Below, one piece after another: positions 21,327 to 31,643 of a stretch of DNA of 64,000 nt (positions within the stretch are counted from its first letter, which is position 1; each line of letters begins with the position of its first letter). A program made the translations under genes and the position numbers. The notes under the pieces are model-generated. The model ran no database searches. It was not told the DNA's origin and saw only the letters and a program-made list of their open reading frames with translations. Source of the DNA: Luminiphilus sp. (GTDB lineage Bacteria > Pseudomonadota > Gammaproteobacteria > Pseudomonadales > Halieaceae); assembly GCA_016779445.1 (NCBI GenBank), contig JADHNP010000003.1, positions 24 to 64,023 on the forward strand, given 5' to 3'.

Positions 21327-22490
21327 ATGTCTTGGAATGAGCCCGGTGGCGGTAATAATGGCCCTCGTGATCCGTGGGGGGGTGGCAATCAAGGACCACC
21401 CGATTTGGACGAAGCATTCAAAAAGCTGCAGCAAAGTATTGCCGGCCTTTTTGGTGGCGGTGGTCGTCGCGGCGGCGGCGGTCCTGCCAAAGGCGGAGCG
21501 TCTAACGCTTTAGTAGGAGTTGTGCTGGGCGGTGTGCTTGCGGTGTGGGGCCTGATGGGCTTCTACCAGCTCGATGAGCAGGAACGCGCGGTAGTGCTAC
21601 GTTTTGGCGAGTACCATGCCACCCTGACGCCGGGTTTGCAGTGGAATCCGCCGCTCATTGACGAGGTGATTACAGTCAACACCACCAAGGTGCGCGCAGC
21701 GGGATTACGTGAGGTTATGCTGACTCAGGACGAAAACATCGTTGAGGTCAGCATGTCTGTGCAGTATGTGATCAGTGATCCTCGAGACTTTGTTCTTCAA
21801 GTTCGGGATCCCGAGGTTTCACTGCAGCATGCCGCACAGAGTGCGCTGCGTCATGTGGTGGGTGACACCACGATGGATCTTGTATTGACGGAAGGTCGTG
21901 CTGCTATTGGGTTCGAGGTGCGCGACAGGCTGCAGCAATACCTGAATGACTACACCACAGGCATTCAGGTTTCCAAGATCAATATCGATGAGTCGAAGCC
22001 ACCAGCTCAAGTTCAGGGGGCCTTCGATGACGTGATTAAAGCGCGAGAGGATGAAGAACGCGTGAAAAATGAGGCGCAGTCCTACGCCAATGGCATTGTG
22101 CCTGAGGCACGGGGTGGGGCGCAGCGAATGTTGGAGGAGTCCAATGCTTACCGCGATCAGGTTATTGCCCGAGCCGATGGTGAGGCCCAGCGTTTTAATC
22201 AGCTCCTGACGGAATATCGAAAGGCCCCGGAGGTGACCCGGGAGCGGCTTTACATTGACTCGGTTCAGTCTGTGTATGCCAATACCAACAAAGTCATGGT
22301 GGACGTTGATGGTGGCAATAATGTGTTGTACCTGCCGCTCGACAAAATGGTTCCTAATGCAGGTCAGCCGCGCAGCAATGACGGACGCAGTGGTATGAGT
22401 GAGCGAAATATGCGCGAAATTTCGGATCAGGTGACAGAGCAGCTACGGCGAGATATGGATGCCGCTGCCGCGCGAAGAGGGGGACGGTAA
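21327..22490 (+). CDS. hflK: FtsH modulator HflK
   Basis: MSWNEPG...PPDLDE N-terminus, SPFH domain, KAPEVTRERLY. Confidence 0.97.
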   Translation: MSWNEPGGGNNGPRDPWGGGNQGPPDLDEAFKKLQQSIAGLFGGGGRRGGGGPAKGGASNALVGVVLGGVLAVWGLMGFYQLDEQERAVVLRFGEYHATLTPGLQWNPPLIDEVITVNTTKVRAAGLREVMLTQDENIVEVSMSVQYVISDPRDFVLQVRDPEVSLQHAAQSALRHVVGDTTMDLVLTEGRAAIGFEVRDRLQQYLNDYTTGIQVSKINIDESKPPAQVQGAFDDVIKAREDEERVKNEAQSYANGIVPEARGGAQRMLEESNAYRDQVIARADGEAQRFNQLLTEYRKAPEVTRERLYIDSVQSVYANTNKVMVDVDGGNNVLYLPLDKMVPNAGQPRSNDGRSGMSERNMREISDQVTEQLRRDMDAAAARRGGR

Positions 22491-23365
22491 TGATGACTAG
22501 ACAAACCTTTCTCGGCCTAATTGTCGGCATTTTGGTGGTCGTACTGTCCAACAGTTTGTATGTCATCAGGGAAACCCAGCGTGGCGTACTCCTGAAATTC
22601 GGCGAGGTGGTAGATCCTAATCTGCAGCCGGGGTTGCACATCAAGGTGCCATTCGTGAACAACGTGCGCAAATTTGATGGCAGGATTCTGACCGTAGACA
22701 GCAGCCCAGAGCGATTCTTTACTCAAGAAAAGAAAGCACTGATCGTGGATTCCTACGCGAAGTTTCGCATAACCGACACGGCAAAGTTTTACACGGCTAC
22801 CAATGGTGAGGAGATTCGTGCGGCGGGGCTCCTTTCCCAGCGTATTAATGATGGACTCCGAAACCAGGTGGCTGTCCGTACGGTTCAGGAGGTGGTTTCG
22901 GGTGAGCGAGACCAACTAATGCAGGCGATCACCACTCAACTCAATGAAGTTGCCAATGAGGAGTTAGGTGTTGAGATCATCGATGTCCGTGTCAAGAAGA
23001 TCGATCTGCCACCCGATGTGTCGGAATCCGTTTATCGCCGAATGAATGCTGAGCGTGAGAAAGAAGCACGTGAATTGCGTTCAGAGGGTAAAGAACTTGC
23101 GGAGGGTATTCGAGCTGCGGCAGACAGAGAGGTGACTGTGATTGGCGCCAACGCGTTTCGCGATGCAGAGATCATCCGCGGAAATGGGGATGCGGAAGCG
23201 ACACGAATTTATGCAGACGCCTTTAATCAAGATCCCGAGTTTTACTCGTTCGTCCGAAGCTTGCAGGCGTACAGAGAGACTTTCAATGCGGGAAGTGACG
23301 TGATGCTGTTACAGCCGGACAGCCAGTTTTTCCGGTACTTGCGCGACCCCAAGGCCGGCAAGTAG
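22490..23365 (+). CDS. hflC: FtsH modulator HflC
   Basis: PGLHIKVP, VYRRMNAER, DPEFYSFVRSL; coupled to hflK. Confidence 0.97.
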   Translation: MMTRQTFLGLIVGILVVVLSNSLYVIRETQRGVLLKFGEVVDPNLQPGLHIKVPFVNNVRKFDGRILTVDSSPERFFTQEKKALIVDSYAKFRITDTAKFYTATNGEEIRAAGLLSQRINDGLRNQVAVRTVQEVVSGERDQLMQAITTQLNEVANEELGVEIIDVRVKKIDLPPDVSESVYRRMNAEREKEARELRSEGKELAEGIRAAADREVTVIGANAFRDAEIIRGNGDAEATRIYADAFNQDPEFYSFVRSLQAYRETFNAGSDVMLLQPDSQFFRYLRDPKAGK

Positions 23366-23470
23366 GCAGATTGGTAACCAATTGGGGGCGCGCTGCCCCC
23401 AATCCCACATTCAGCATGTGCTATCCTCGCGCCCAGAAGGTGTAGCGGCGAGTACTCTGGCGGAATCACG

Positions 23471-25932
<2,462 letters not shown>

Positions 25933-25938
25933 ATCATT

Positions 25939-26730
25939 ATGTTAACGCTAAACAAGCTTTTATCTCTGCTCATTTATCCACTGTCCCTATGCCTGATTTG
26001 TCTAGTGTTTGCCCTCGCGTTTAGGGCGAGGGGCGCTACCGTGAAAGCCAACACGCTGACAATATTGGCCACCATTTGGCTTTATTTCTGCTCAACAGAG
26101 TGGGGAGCTGGCGCACTGCTGTCGCCGTTAGAGAGCGCCTACCCCGCCTTTGTTAATGAGGAGTTACCCAATGCGCAGGCGATTTTAGTGTTGGGAGGTG
26201 GTACTTCTGGAGAGTCGCAATTTGGTCAGGGCGGGGATCTGAATCAGGCGGCTGATCGCTTGTGGTTGGGTGCAGCGCTGCACCGTGCAGGTAAGGCACC
26301 TCTCATCGTGCTCTCGGGTGGCTCCGTGCCTTCTGAGGCGATTCCGGAATCGCGGCTGATGGCACAAAAGCTCAAAGCCCTCGGCATTCCCGAAACGGCG
26401 TTGCTGTTGGAATCGGAAAGCCGCACTACCCGCGAGAACGCTCAGTACTCCCGGTCGCTGTTGCAAGACCTCGGTATAACCCACGTTTTGCTGGTGACCA
26501 GTGCGAGTCATATGCGCCGCGCCGCCGCGGTTTTTAGCGCCCAGGGTTTTGTGGTGACCTCGGTGGCAACTGATCATCGGATGCCCCTCCGGGTTGGGCC
26601 GGTGCCGGGTTGGCTCCCCACGCTAGATCGCCTGGCGCGATCCACTCAGGCGATCCACGAGTGGGTTGGTTATTGGGTGTATGAGCAGATGGGTTATTTC
26701 GAACCGCCCCAGAACACCTTGGAAACTTGA
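25939..26730 (+). CDS. YdcF/ElyC-like (DUF218) envelope protein
   Basis: N-terminal TM helices, ILVLGGG, SGG, ESRTTRENA, LVTSASHMRRA, HEWVG. Confidence 0.9.
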   Translation: MLTLNKLLSLLIYPLSLCLICLVFALAFRARGATVKANTLTILATIWLYFCSTEWGAGALLSPLESAYPAFVNEELPNAQAILVLGGGTSGESQFGQGGDLNQAADRLWLGAALHRAGKAPLIVLSGGSVPSEAIPESRLMAQKLKALGIPETALLLESESRTTRENAQYSRSLLQDLGITHVLLVTSASHMRRAAAVFSAQGFVVTSVATDHRMPLRVGPVPGWLPTLDRLARSTQAIHEWVGYWVYEQMGYFEPPQNTLET

Positions 26731-26734
26731 GGCG

Positions 26735-27265
26735 TCAGATATAAAGCGCCTTCAGGTCGCTGTAGTTTTGACCCGTCCAGCGACGGAAAGCGCGATAGAA
26801 ACTGTTCACTTCTGCGTAGCCCAATTCCCAGGCAACGGATTTACCGGGTAACCAGCGTTTATCTAAAAGCTGAGCACAGCGGTACTGGCGGACGTGATCC
26901 AGAATGTGCTGATAGTTCGTGTGATCAGCGCGTAGCCGTCGGCGCAGAGTTGTAGGGCTGACGTGCAAATGATCGGCGACTTCCTCCGAACGCAGCCTGG
27001 AAAGATCGCCTCGCAGCAGTAGGTCGATGACGCAAAGGGAAGTGCGAGACAGATCGTGGGGCGCGCGTCCGGTAATGCGAACAGAGAGTTCGGCAGGCAC
27101 ATCTGATGCCGGACGGATGAGTTCTGGCCCAAAAGAACCCCACTTGCTGTTATGGCGAGTTTGCTCACTTCTCGAGGGTCGCTGCAGGTAAACGGGATAG
27201 TGAGAGTCAGAGTGAGAATGTTGTGCGGTACCAGTTGTTATTGAATGTTTCATATCAACTTCCAT
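26735..27265 (-). CDS. Short AraC-family regulator (HTH domain, no sensor domain)
   Basis: VADHLHVSPTTLRRRL and VAWELGYAEVNSFYRAFRRWTG. Confidence 0.85.
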   Translation of the reverse strand: MEVDMKHSITTGTAQHSHSDSHYPVYLQRPSRSEQTRHNSKWGSFGPELIRPASDVPAELSVRITGRAPHDLSRTSLCVIDLLLRGDLSRLRSEEVADHLHVSPTTLRRRLRADHTNYQHILDHVRQYRCAQLLDKRWLPGKSVAWELGYAEVNSFYRAFRRWTGQNYSDLKALYI

Positions 27266-27438
27266 GTTGAATCATTATTTCCCTCAGGGGGTCCGGTAGA
27301 GACATTCTGTGTCTCGGCCAGTCAGGTTAACCCAAGCGAAGGTGAAGGCCAGCGAAAAGACCGGAAAGGATCACATTCGCCGTCGGTGAGATGATTTGGT
27401 CGGAGCAGTGCATGCCACAAACTCGACTCCTGAGCCGG

Positions 27439-27924
27439 CTATGTACTGGTGGGCAGGATAGTGAGGGTCGTATGTTTTGGGCAGTACAGTGGGTGCCGGG
27501 GCATCCCCAACGCAGTGATACCAAGGCAATAGGGCCTTCCGACTCGTTTATGCACGGCGGCGCCTCTGTTTAATAGCAGCCCACCATTTCCCCATGCGGC
27601 GATGACGTGCTTGGTCTCTCCGACGGCTCGCCGCAGCCAAATATCGGTTCTGGGGCCAATCGGGTCAGGTGTGGTTTTCAACTTACTGGGGTCGGTGGCA
27701 CGTAACGAAAAAAGATTGACCAGTAGTAGTGAACCGTAACCCCACTCTTGGGCAAAGGAGAGGCATCGTTTCAGGGTGGGGTCATCATGATATGCGTCAG
27801 CGGTGGAGGGATTTAGGCCGATAAAAACACAGTGCGCAAGGGACGGATCCCAGACCCTGCGGAGCCAGTAGCGGTAGCGGCCACAGCGAGAGAAGCCGGC
27901 TCTGCTGAGCGTGTAGTCAGTCAA
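27439..27924 (-). CDS. DUF1643-family protein
   Basis: SRCGRYRYWLRRVW, FIGLNPSTAD, DDPT, VNLFSLRATDP, IAAWG, PRHPLY. Confidence 0.88.
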   Translation of the reverse strand: MTDYTLSRAGFSRCGRYRYWLRRVWDPSLAHCVFIGLNPSTADAYHDDPTLKRCLSFAQEWGYGSLLLVNLFSLRATDPSKLKTTPDPIGPRTDIWLRRAVGETKHVIAAWGNGGLLLNRGAAVHKRVGRPYCLGITALGMPRHPLYCPKHTTLTILPTST

Positions 27925-28153
27925 GATTAAGGGTCTGATTGTTCATTGTAGGTCTATATGTTCGTTCATGATGTTGCGCGCCAGAAACACCTGTTGCGAT
28001 TAAGCTAATGGTACGCATATTGCTGCATGTTATGGTTTCGTATAAAGCATGCAGTGTGGTGGGCACATTCAATCGATATTCTGTCCCATTCAATACCCTC
28101 GGCGGGGGGTGAACTGTATTGCGCTGGGGCAGTGGGCATTTTAAGGGGAAAGC

Positions 28154-29017
28154 ATGATTTTACTGACGGGCGCGACGGGCCGGGTGGGGAGTGCCGCAGC
28201 CAGAGCATTGCTGAATGCGGGTGTGCCTTTTAGGGTGTTGGTGCGCGATGAGACTAAGCTGCCTCTGACAGATCCTCTTATTGATGTGATAACGGGAGAC
28301 ATTGGGGACCCACAGAGCGTGCGGCGCGCTCTTGAGGGTGTCGAGCGCGCGCTTCTCGTTATGGGTAATCATCCAGATCAAGCCGCGCTTGAGCGTCAGT
28401 TTGCGACCTTGGCGGAGCAGGCGGGTGTGGCCCATTTAGTCAAGATTTCCTCGATGGAGGCGGCAGAGGATGCCAGCGCTGTTTTGCCCCTGAATCACTA
28501 TGAGACAGAGCAGCATATTGTCGCCAGCGGAATGAGCTGGACCTTTTTGAGGCCCAATTTTTACATGCAGAATATGCTGATGTATGCAGAGGCGATAAAG
28601 CGTGGCGGGTCGTTCGCTTTACCTCTTGGTGCAGCGTTTACGGCTATGGTTGATACGCAAGATGTGGGTCAGGTGGCTGCCGCTGTGCTCTCGGAGGACG
28701 GGCATGCGGGATATATTTACGAATTGACCGGTCCTGATCTCATGAATTTTTACGAGGTTGCCGAGCGTCTGGGCGGCGTGATCGGCTACAACGTGCGTTA
28801 TGATGAGCAACCTCCTGAAGACTTTCGAGCGACGCTGGAGCGCTTCATTGCGTCGCGTTGGCAGCTTGACGCAGTTTGCGAGTTGTTTGCTGAAATTGCG
28901 GCAGGATCGCTGGCGTATCGTACGGAGACTGTTCAAGATTTGCTGGGACGCGCTCCGATACCGATTGAATCATTTGCGCAACGGTTCGCCGCCGTTTTTG
29001 ATGGGGACGGCGCATAA
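28154..29017 (+). CDS. NmrA-like atypical SDR, NAD(P)-binding protein
   Basis: ILLTGATGRVG, LRPNFYMQN, DVGQVAAAVL, YELTGP. Confidence 0.9.
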   Translation: MILLTGATGRVGSAAARALLNAGVPFRVLVRDETKLPLTDPLIDVITGDIGDPQSVRRALEGVERALLVMGNHPDQAALERQFATLAEQAGVAHLVKISSMEAAEDASAVLPLNHYETEQHIVASGMSWTFLRPNFYMQNMLMYAEAIKRGGSFALPLGAAFTAMVDTQDVGQVAAAVLSEDGHAGYIYELTGPDLMNFYEVAERLGGVIGYNVRYDEQPPEDFRATLERFIASRWQLDAVCELFAEIAAGSLAYRTETVQDLLGRAPIPIESFAQRFAAVFDGDGA

Positions 29018-29080
29018 GTAAAGTAGGAGTGATCACGTCTCGGCGAGATCAGAAATTAGCGATCTATTGAGGAGAAAAGC

Positions 29081-29584
29081 ATGCCACCGATGACAGCATT
29101 GGGCTGGTTTCATACCGTAATGGGCGTGTTGGCCATTGGCACGGCCGTGTTCACGCTCCGCCGGCATCACATGATCAGCCTGATCAACTTTTCCGGTCGG
29201 ATTTACCTGCTGATTACCCTGATCGTAGCGAGCACCGCGCTAATGATCTACAACCAGGGTGGTTTTGGAGTGGGACATATCCTGGCCGTAATGACTTTAG
29301 GTGCATTGGGAGTGGGTGCGCTGATGGAGAGGAGACCGTTTCTGGGCGGTTTTTCGGTTTATCTGCAGACTGCGGCGTATTCTGCCACGGTGCTCTTTCA
29401 TATGGTGCCCGCCATTACCGACTTTCTAAGGCGGCTCCCAGTGGGTGACCCTTTTGTAGACTCGCTGGACGCACCCCTGGTAAGAGCCTTTCATTTAGCG
29501 TTTCTGGTGCTGTTTGGACTGGGTGTGCTGTGGCAATGGCGCCTGTTGAATGGCCGTAAGCTTGTGGGCGAAGAAGGCCTGTAA
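29081..29584 (+). CDS. Integral membrane protein, DUF2306-like
   Basis: About 5 TM segments, FHT...GRIY...GHIL pattern; GAGGAG RBS. Confidence 0.7.
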   Translation: MPPMTALGWFHTVMGVLAIGTAVFTLRRHHMISLINFSGRIYLLITLIVASTALMIYNQGGFGVGHILAVMTLGALGVGALMERRPFLGGFSVYLQTAAYSATVLFHMVPAITDFLRRLPVGDPFVDSLDAPLVRAFHLAFLVLFGLGVLWQWRLLNGRKLVGEEGL

Positions 29585-29700
29585 TGTTATTCATAGCTAT
29601 CGTTGTCGCGTTTGTTGTGGTTATTGTGACCTGTATGATTATGATTAATCGCTGGATGGTGGCAGGTCGGCCCAGGGACAATGGAAAAGAACACGAGTAG
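29584..29700 (+). CDS. 38-aa single-TM small protein
   Basis: Below the ORF-track cutoff. MLFIAIVVAFVVVIVTCMIMINRWMVAGRPRDNGKEHE; TAATG stop/start overlap with the upstream gene. Confidence 0.5.
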   Translation: MLFIAIVVAFVVVIVTCMIMINRWMVAGRPRDNGKEHE

Positions 29701-29778
29701 CGGCCGGAATAGGCTGGTGTTTCCGGGGACCGATAGAGTGTGTCGTGCAGCCGGCATGTGGGCTTATAGGTTTTCTGT

Positions 29779-29958
29779 ATGAGAACGTTTATCGCAGCTT
29801 TGCTGGGAGTAAGTACTTACATCGGCTGTATGATGACAGGCTGGTTCAACGGCGTATTTGCCGCTTTTATGGCCACTATTGTGTTTGTATTTGCCAGTGT
29901 TTTTAAAGGTTTTAAAAAGAAGAAACCGGGGTCGGACCCGGATGACCCCGACGCCTAA
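29779..29958 (+). CDS. 59-aa two-TM small protein
   Basis: Below the ORF-track cutoff. MRTFIAALLGVSTYIGCMMTGWFNGVFAAFMATIVFVFASVFKGFKKKKPGSDPDDPDA; hydrophobic hairpin followed by a basic patch. Confidence 0.55.
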   Translation: MRTFIAALLGVSTYIGCMMTGWFNGVFAAFMATIVFVFASVFKGFKKKKPGSDPDDPDA

Positions 29959-30028
29959 GGCTTTTGTCGCGCTGGTTACTGACTGTCGTGTGGGGTGCTG
30001 TTAGGGCTACAACCTTCGATTTGCCTAC

Positions 30029-30412
30029 TCAGTGGATTTGCGTGCCTTTTGGACGCGGCGTTGCAATAGGTTCCGGTGCGCAGTGATGCTCAGCCGGTGG
30101 CGCTTTGAAGCTCTGCCCCTTGCCGTTCAGGTAGCCCTCGTATACCTCTAGCAAATTCATGGCGTGGTTCAGCAGCCGTTTGGAGCCCTCGTGCCCAGTT
30201 TCCGCGCCACTACAAGCCGTTGACAGCAGTTGCTGATTGATCAAGAAAGCGAAGAATGTATCGGGTAGATCGGGATATTGCTCGGCAAACTGGCGCACCA
30301 GCGTAACCGCGGCTTTGCCCACTTCCTCGCTAATGCGGAGCACTTCATGGTCGCTGACGGACTGGTCTTTCTTGGCGCGATACTCGCTAAAGCAGATGAC
30401 TCGCTCATCCAT
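30029..30412 (-). CDS. Hypothetical 127-aa protein
   Basis: AAGGGAG RBS; protein-like helical composition; sigma28-like promoter upstream. Confidence 0.7.
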   Translation of the reverse strand: MDERVICFSEYRAKKDQSVSDHEVLRISEEVGKAAVTLVRQFAEQYPDLPDTFFAFLINQQLLSTACSGAETGHEGSKRLLNHAMNLLEVYEGYLNGKGQSFKAPPAEHHCAPEPIATPRPKGTQIH

Positions 30413-30451
30413 GTCCCGAAGCTCCCTTTCTTGCGGTTTGCATTAAAAGGA

Positions 30452-30480
30452 TAATCGGCCGAAACGACTGAACTCTTTAG
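30452..30480 (-). promoter_or_regulatory. Sigma28 (FliA)-like promoter
   Basis: Minus strand reads CTAAAG...GCCGATTA (TAAA-N16-GCCGATTA, consensus TAAA-N15-GCCGATAA), 40 nt before the ATG at 30412. Confidence 0.5.
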
Positions 30481-30570
30481 TCGAGCTCGATGGGGCTGGG
30501 GTGTAGCAGGGCCGGGATTCTCTCCCGTCTGCGGCGAAGCGGCGTTTTAGAAACGATTATCTTGCGGCTT

Positions 30571-30792
30571 TCAGTCGTTGTCGGGAAGAAGCCAGAACTT
30601 GAATCGGCTTTGAATGCGGATATTGGCGAGATAAATTGCAGTGGTGGCACGCGCGCGCTCCCAGGCGCTACTCCTACTCTGAATGAACCGTCGGTTGGTT
30701 CGTGCTAGTGATGCCTCGATGCGATCCAGATCCGATTGCATTGCCTTGAGAGACTGCCTTGACTCTGACACGGGGATAGATTCAACCAGCAT
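30571..30792 (-). CDS. Hypothetical 73-aa coiled-coil-like protein
   Basis: GAGGT RBS upstream of the ATG; heptad-like SLKAMQSDLDRIEASLAR. Confidence 0.6.
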   Translation of the reverse strand: MLVESIPVSESRQSLKAMQSDLDRIEASLARTNRRFIQSRSSAWERARATTAIYLANIRIQSRFKFWLLPDND

Positions 30793-30798
30793 TTTGCA

Positions 30799-30846
30799 CT
30801 ACCTCATATTGGTGTAGCCCGTATTTATAGGCACAACATATTGGTG
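30799..30846. promoter_or_regulatory. Tandem NrdR-box-like sites
   Basis: CATATTGGTGT repeated at 30805 and 30837 (32 bp period). 30831-30846 reads caccaatatgttgtgc on the minus strand, close to the NrdR consensus acaCwAtATaTwGtgt. 30799-30814 is a weaker copy. Confidence 0.6.
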
Positions 30847-30955
30847 TGTAGGGTAAGCTTGATCAGTGCGGCGTTTAAAGTGGAAATATCACCACTTGCC
30901 AGCTTACGGCGGTGGATGATGTGGCGGGCCGAGATCAACCCATACTAGGCTGATT

Positions 30956-31171
30956 TTATAAGATCAGCGCGTGTGCTGCGGGGACCATCCAAGCCAGTAA
31001 AACGAAGCCAAATAAAGCCGTCAACGTTAGCGGCGTACTCAAAAACCCTGATGAGACAGGTGTCTTTGCTCTTCCCGGTTCGGCGTTAAAAGCACACATA
31101 TCCATTATCGCTGCATCCAATGCGGCCCGTTCCTCACGTGACAACAGTAGTGTCTGAGTCTGTCTTTCCAT
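30956..31171 (-). CDS. Hypothetical 71-aa protein with a C-terminal TM segment
   Basis: GGAGG RBS; MERQTQ...LTALFGFVLLAWMVPAAHALIL. Confidence 0.6.
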   Translation of the reverse strand: MERQTQTLLLSREERAALDAAIMDMCAFNAEPGRAKTPVSSGFLSTPLTLTALFGFVLLAWMVPAAHALIL

Positions 31172-31194
31172 GACATATCCTCCGATTTGAACTA

Positions 31195-31232
31195 AATGTA
31201 GCAATATGAGACAAGTTTTGCAATATGCAAAA
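31195..31232 (-). promoter_or_regulatory. Sigma70 promoter overlapped by a 7-3-7 palindrome
   Basis: Minus strand TTGCAA-N17-TACATT with a TG extended -10; inverted repeat TTTTGCA-ATA-TGCAAAA at 31216-31232 covers the -35. Confidence 0.5.
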
Positions 31233-31275
31233 ATATTAATTTTTGGTCTTGAGGGGGGGCAGTGCCGAGCATCCG

Positions 31276-31302
31276 TCAAGCTCTGCCGAGTTCATCCGAT
31301 AT
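31276..31302 (+). promoter_or_regulatory. Sigma28 (FliA)-like promoter
   Basis: TCAAG-N14-TCCGATAT, versus the Pseudomonas-type TCAAG-N14-GCCGATA. Confidence 0.45.
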
Positions 31303-31334
31303 ATCCATCAGTGTCATGTTATCGGGTCGAACCT

Positions 31335-31532
31335 ATGTCGAGTCATAAAGAGCAAGCTCCATCAACGGCCGTCGGCGAGGCGCCCGTTCAGTCCCGCAAA
31401 ATCCGAGAGGGTAATCTGATCTATTTGAATGCGACGTCTAGGCTGGTATGTCAGCTGGACGCCTCACGCCGGCAACTGGATCGCCTTGAGCGTCACGCAG
31501 ACAGAATATTAAGAAGCGTCGGAGCGGCCTAA
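31335..31532 (+). CDS. Hypothetical 65-aa protein
   Basis: MSSHKEQ...QLDASRRQLDRLERHADRILRSVGAA; weak RBS. Confidence 0.5.
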   Translation: MSSHKEQAPSTAVGEAPVQSRKIREGNLIYLNATSRLVCQLDASRRQLDRLERHADRILRSVGAA

Positions 31533-31643
31533 GGCATTTCGGCCGTCTTTCTTCGGCAAATCCGACGTTTCTTGCGGCAAAAGGGTCTCCATCAGACACT
31601 CGTATTGCAACATCAATACAGTGCTAGTGCAGCAATAAAGTAC

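Noticed and set aside
27407-27420. Sigma54-like TGGCA...TGC upstream of the AraC gene (minus strand)
   Set aside because: GG-to-GC spacing is 2 nt too short.
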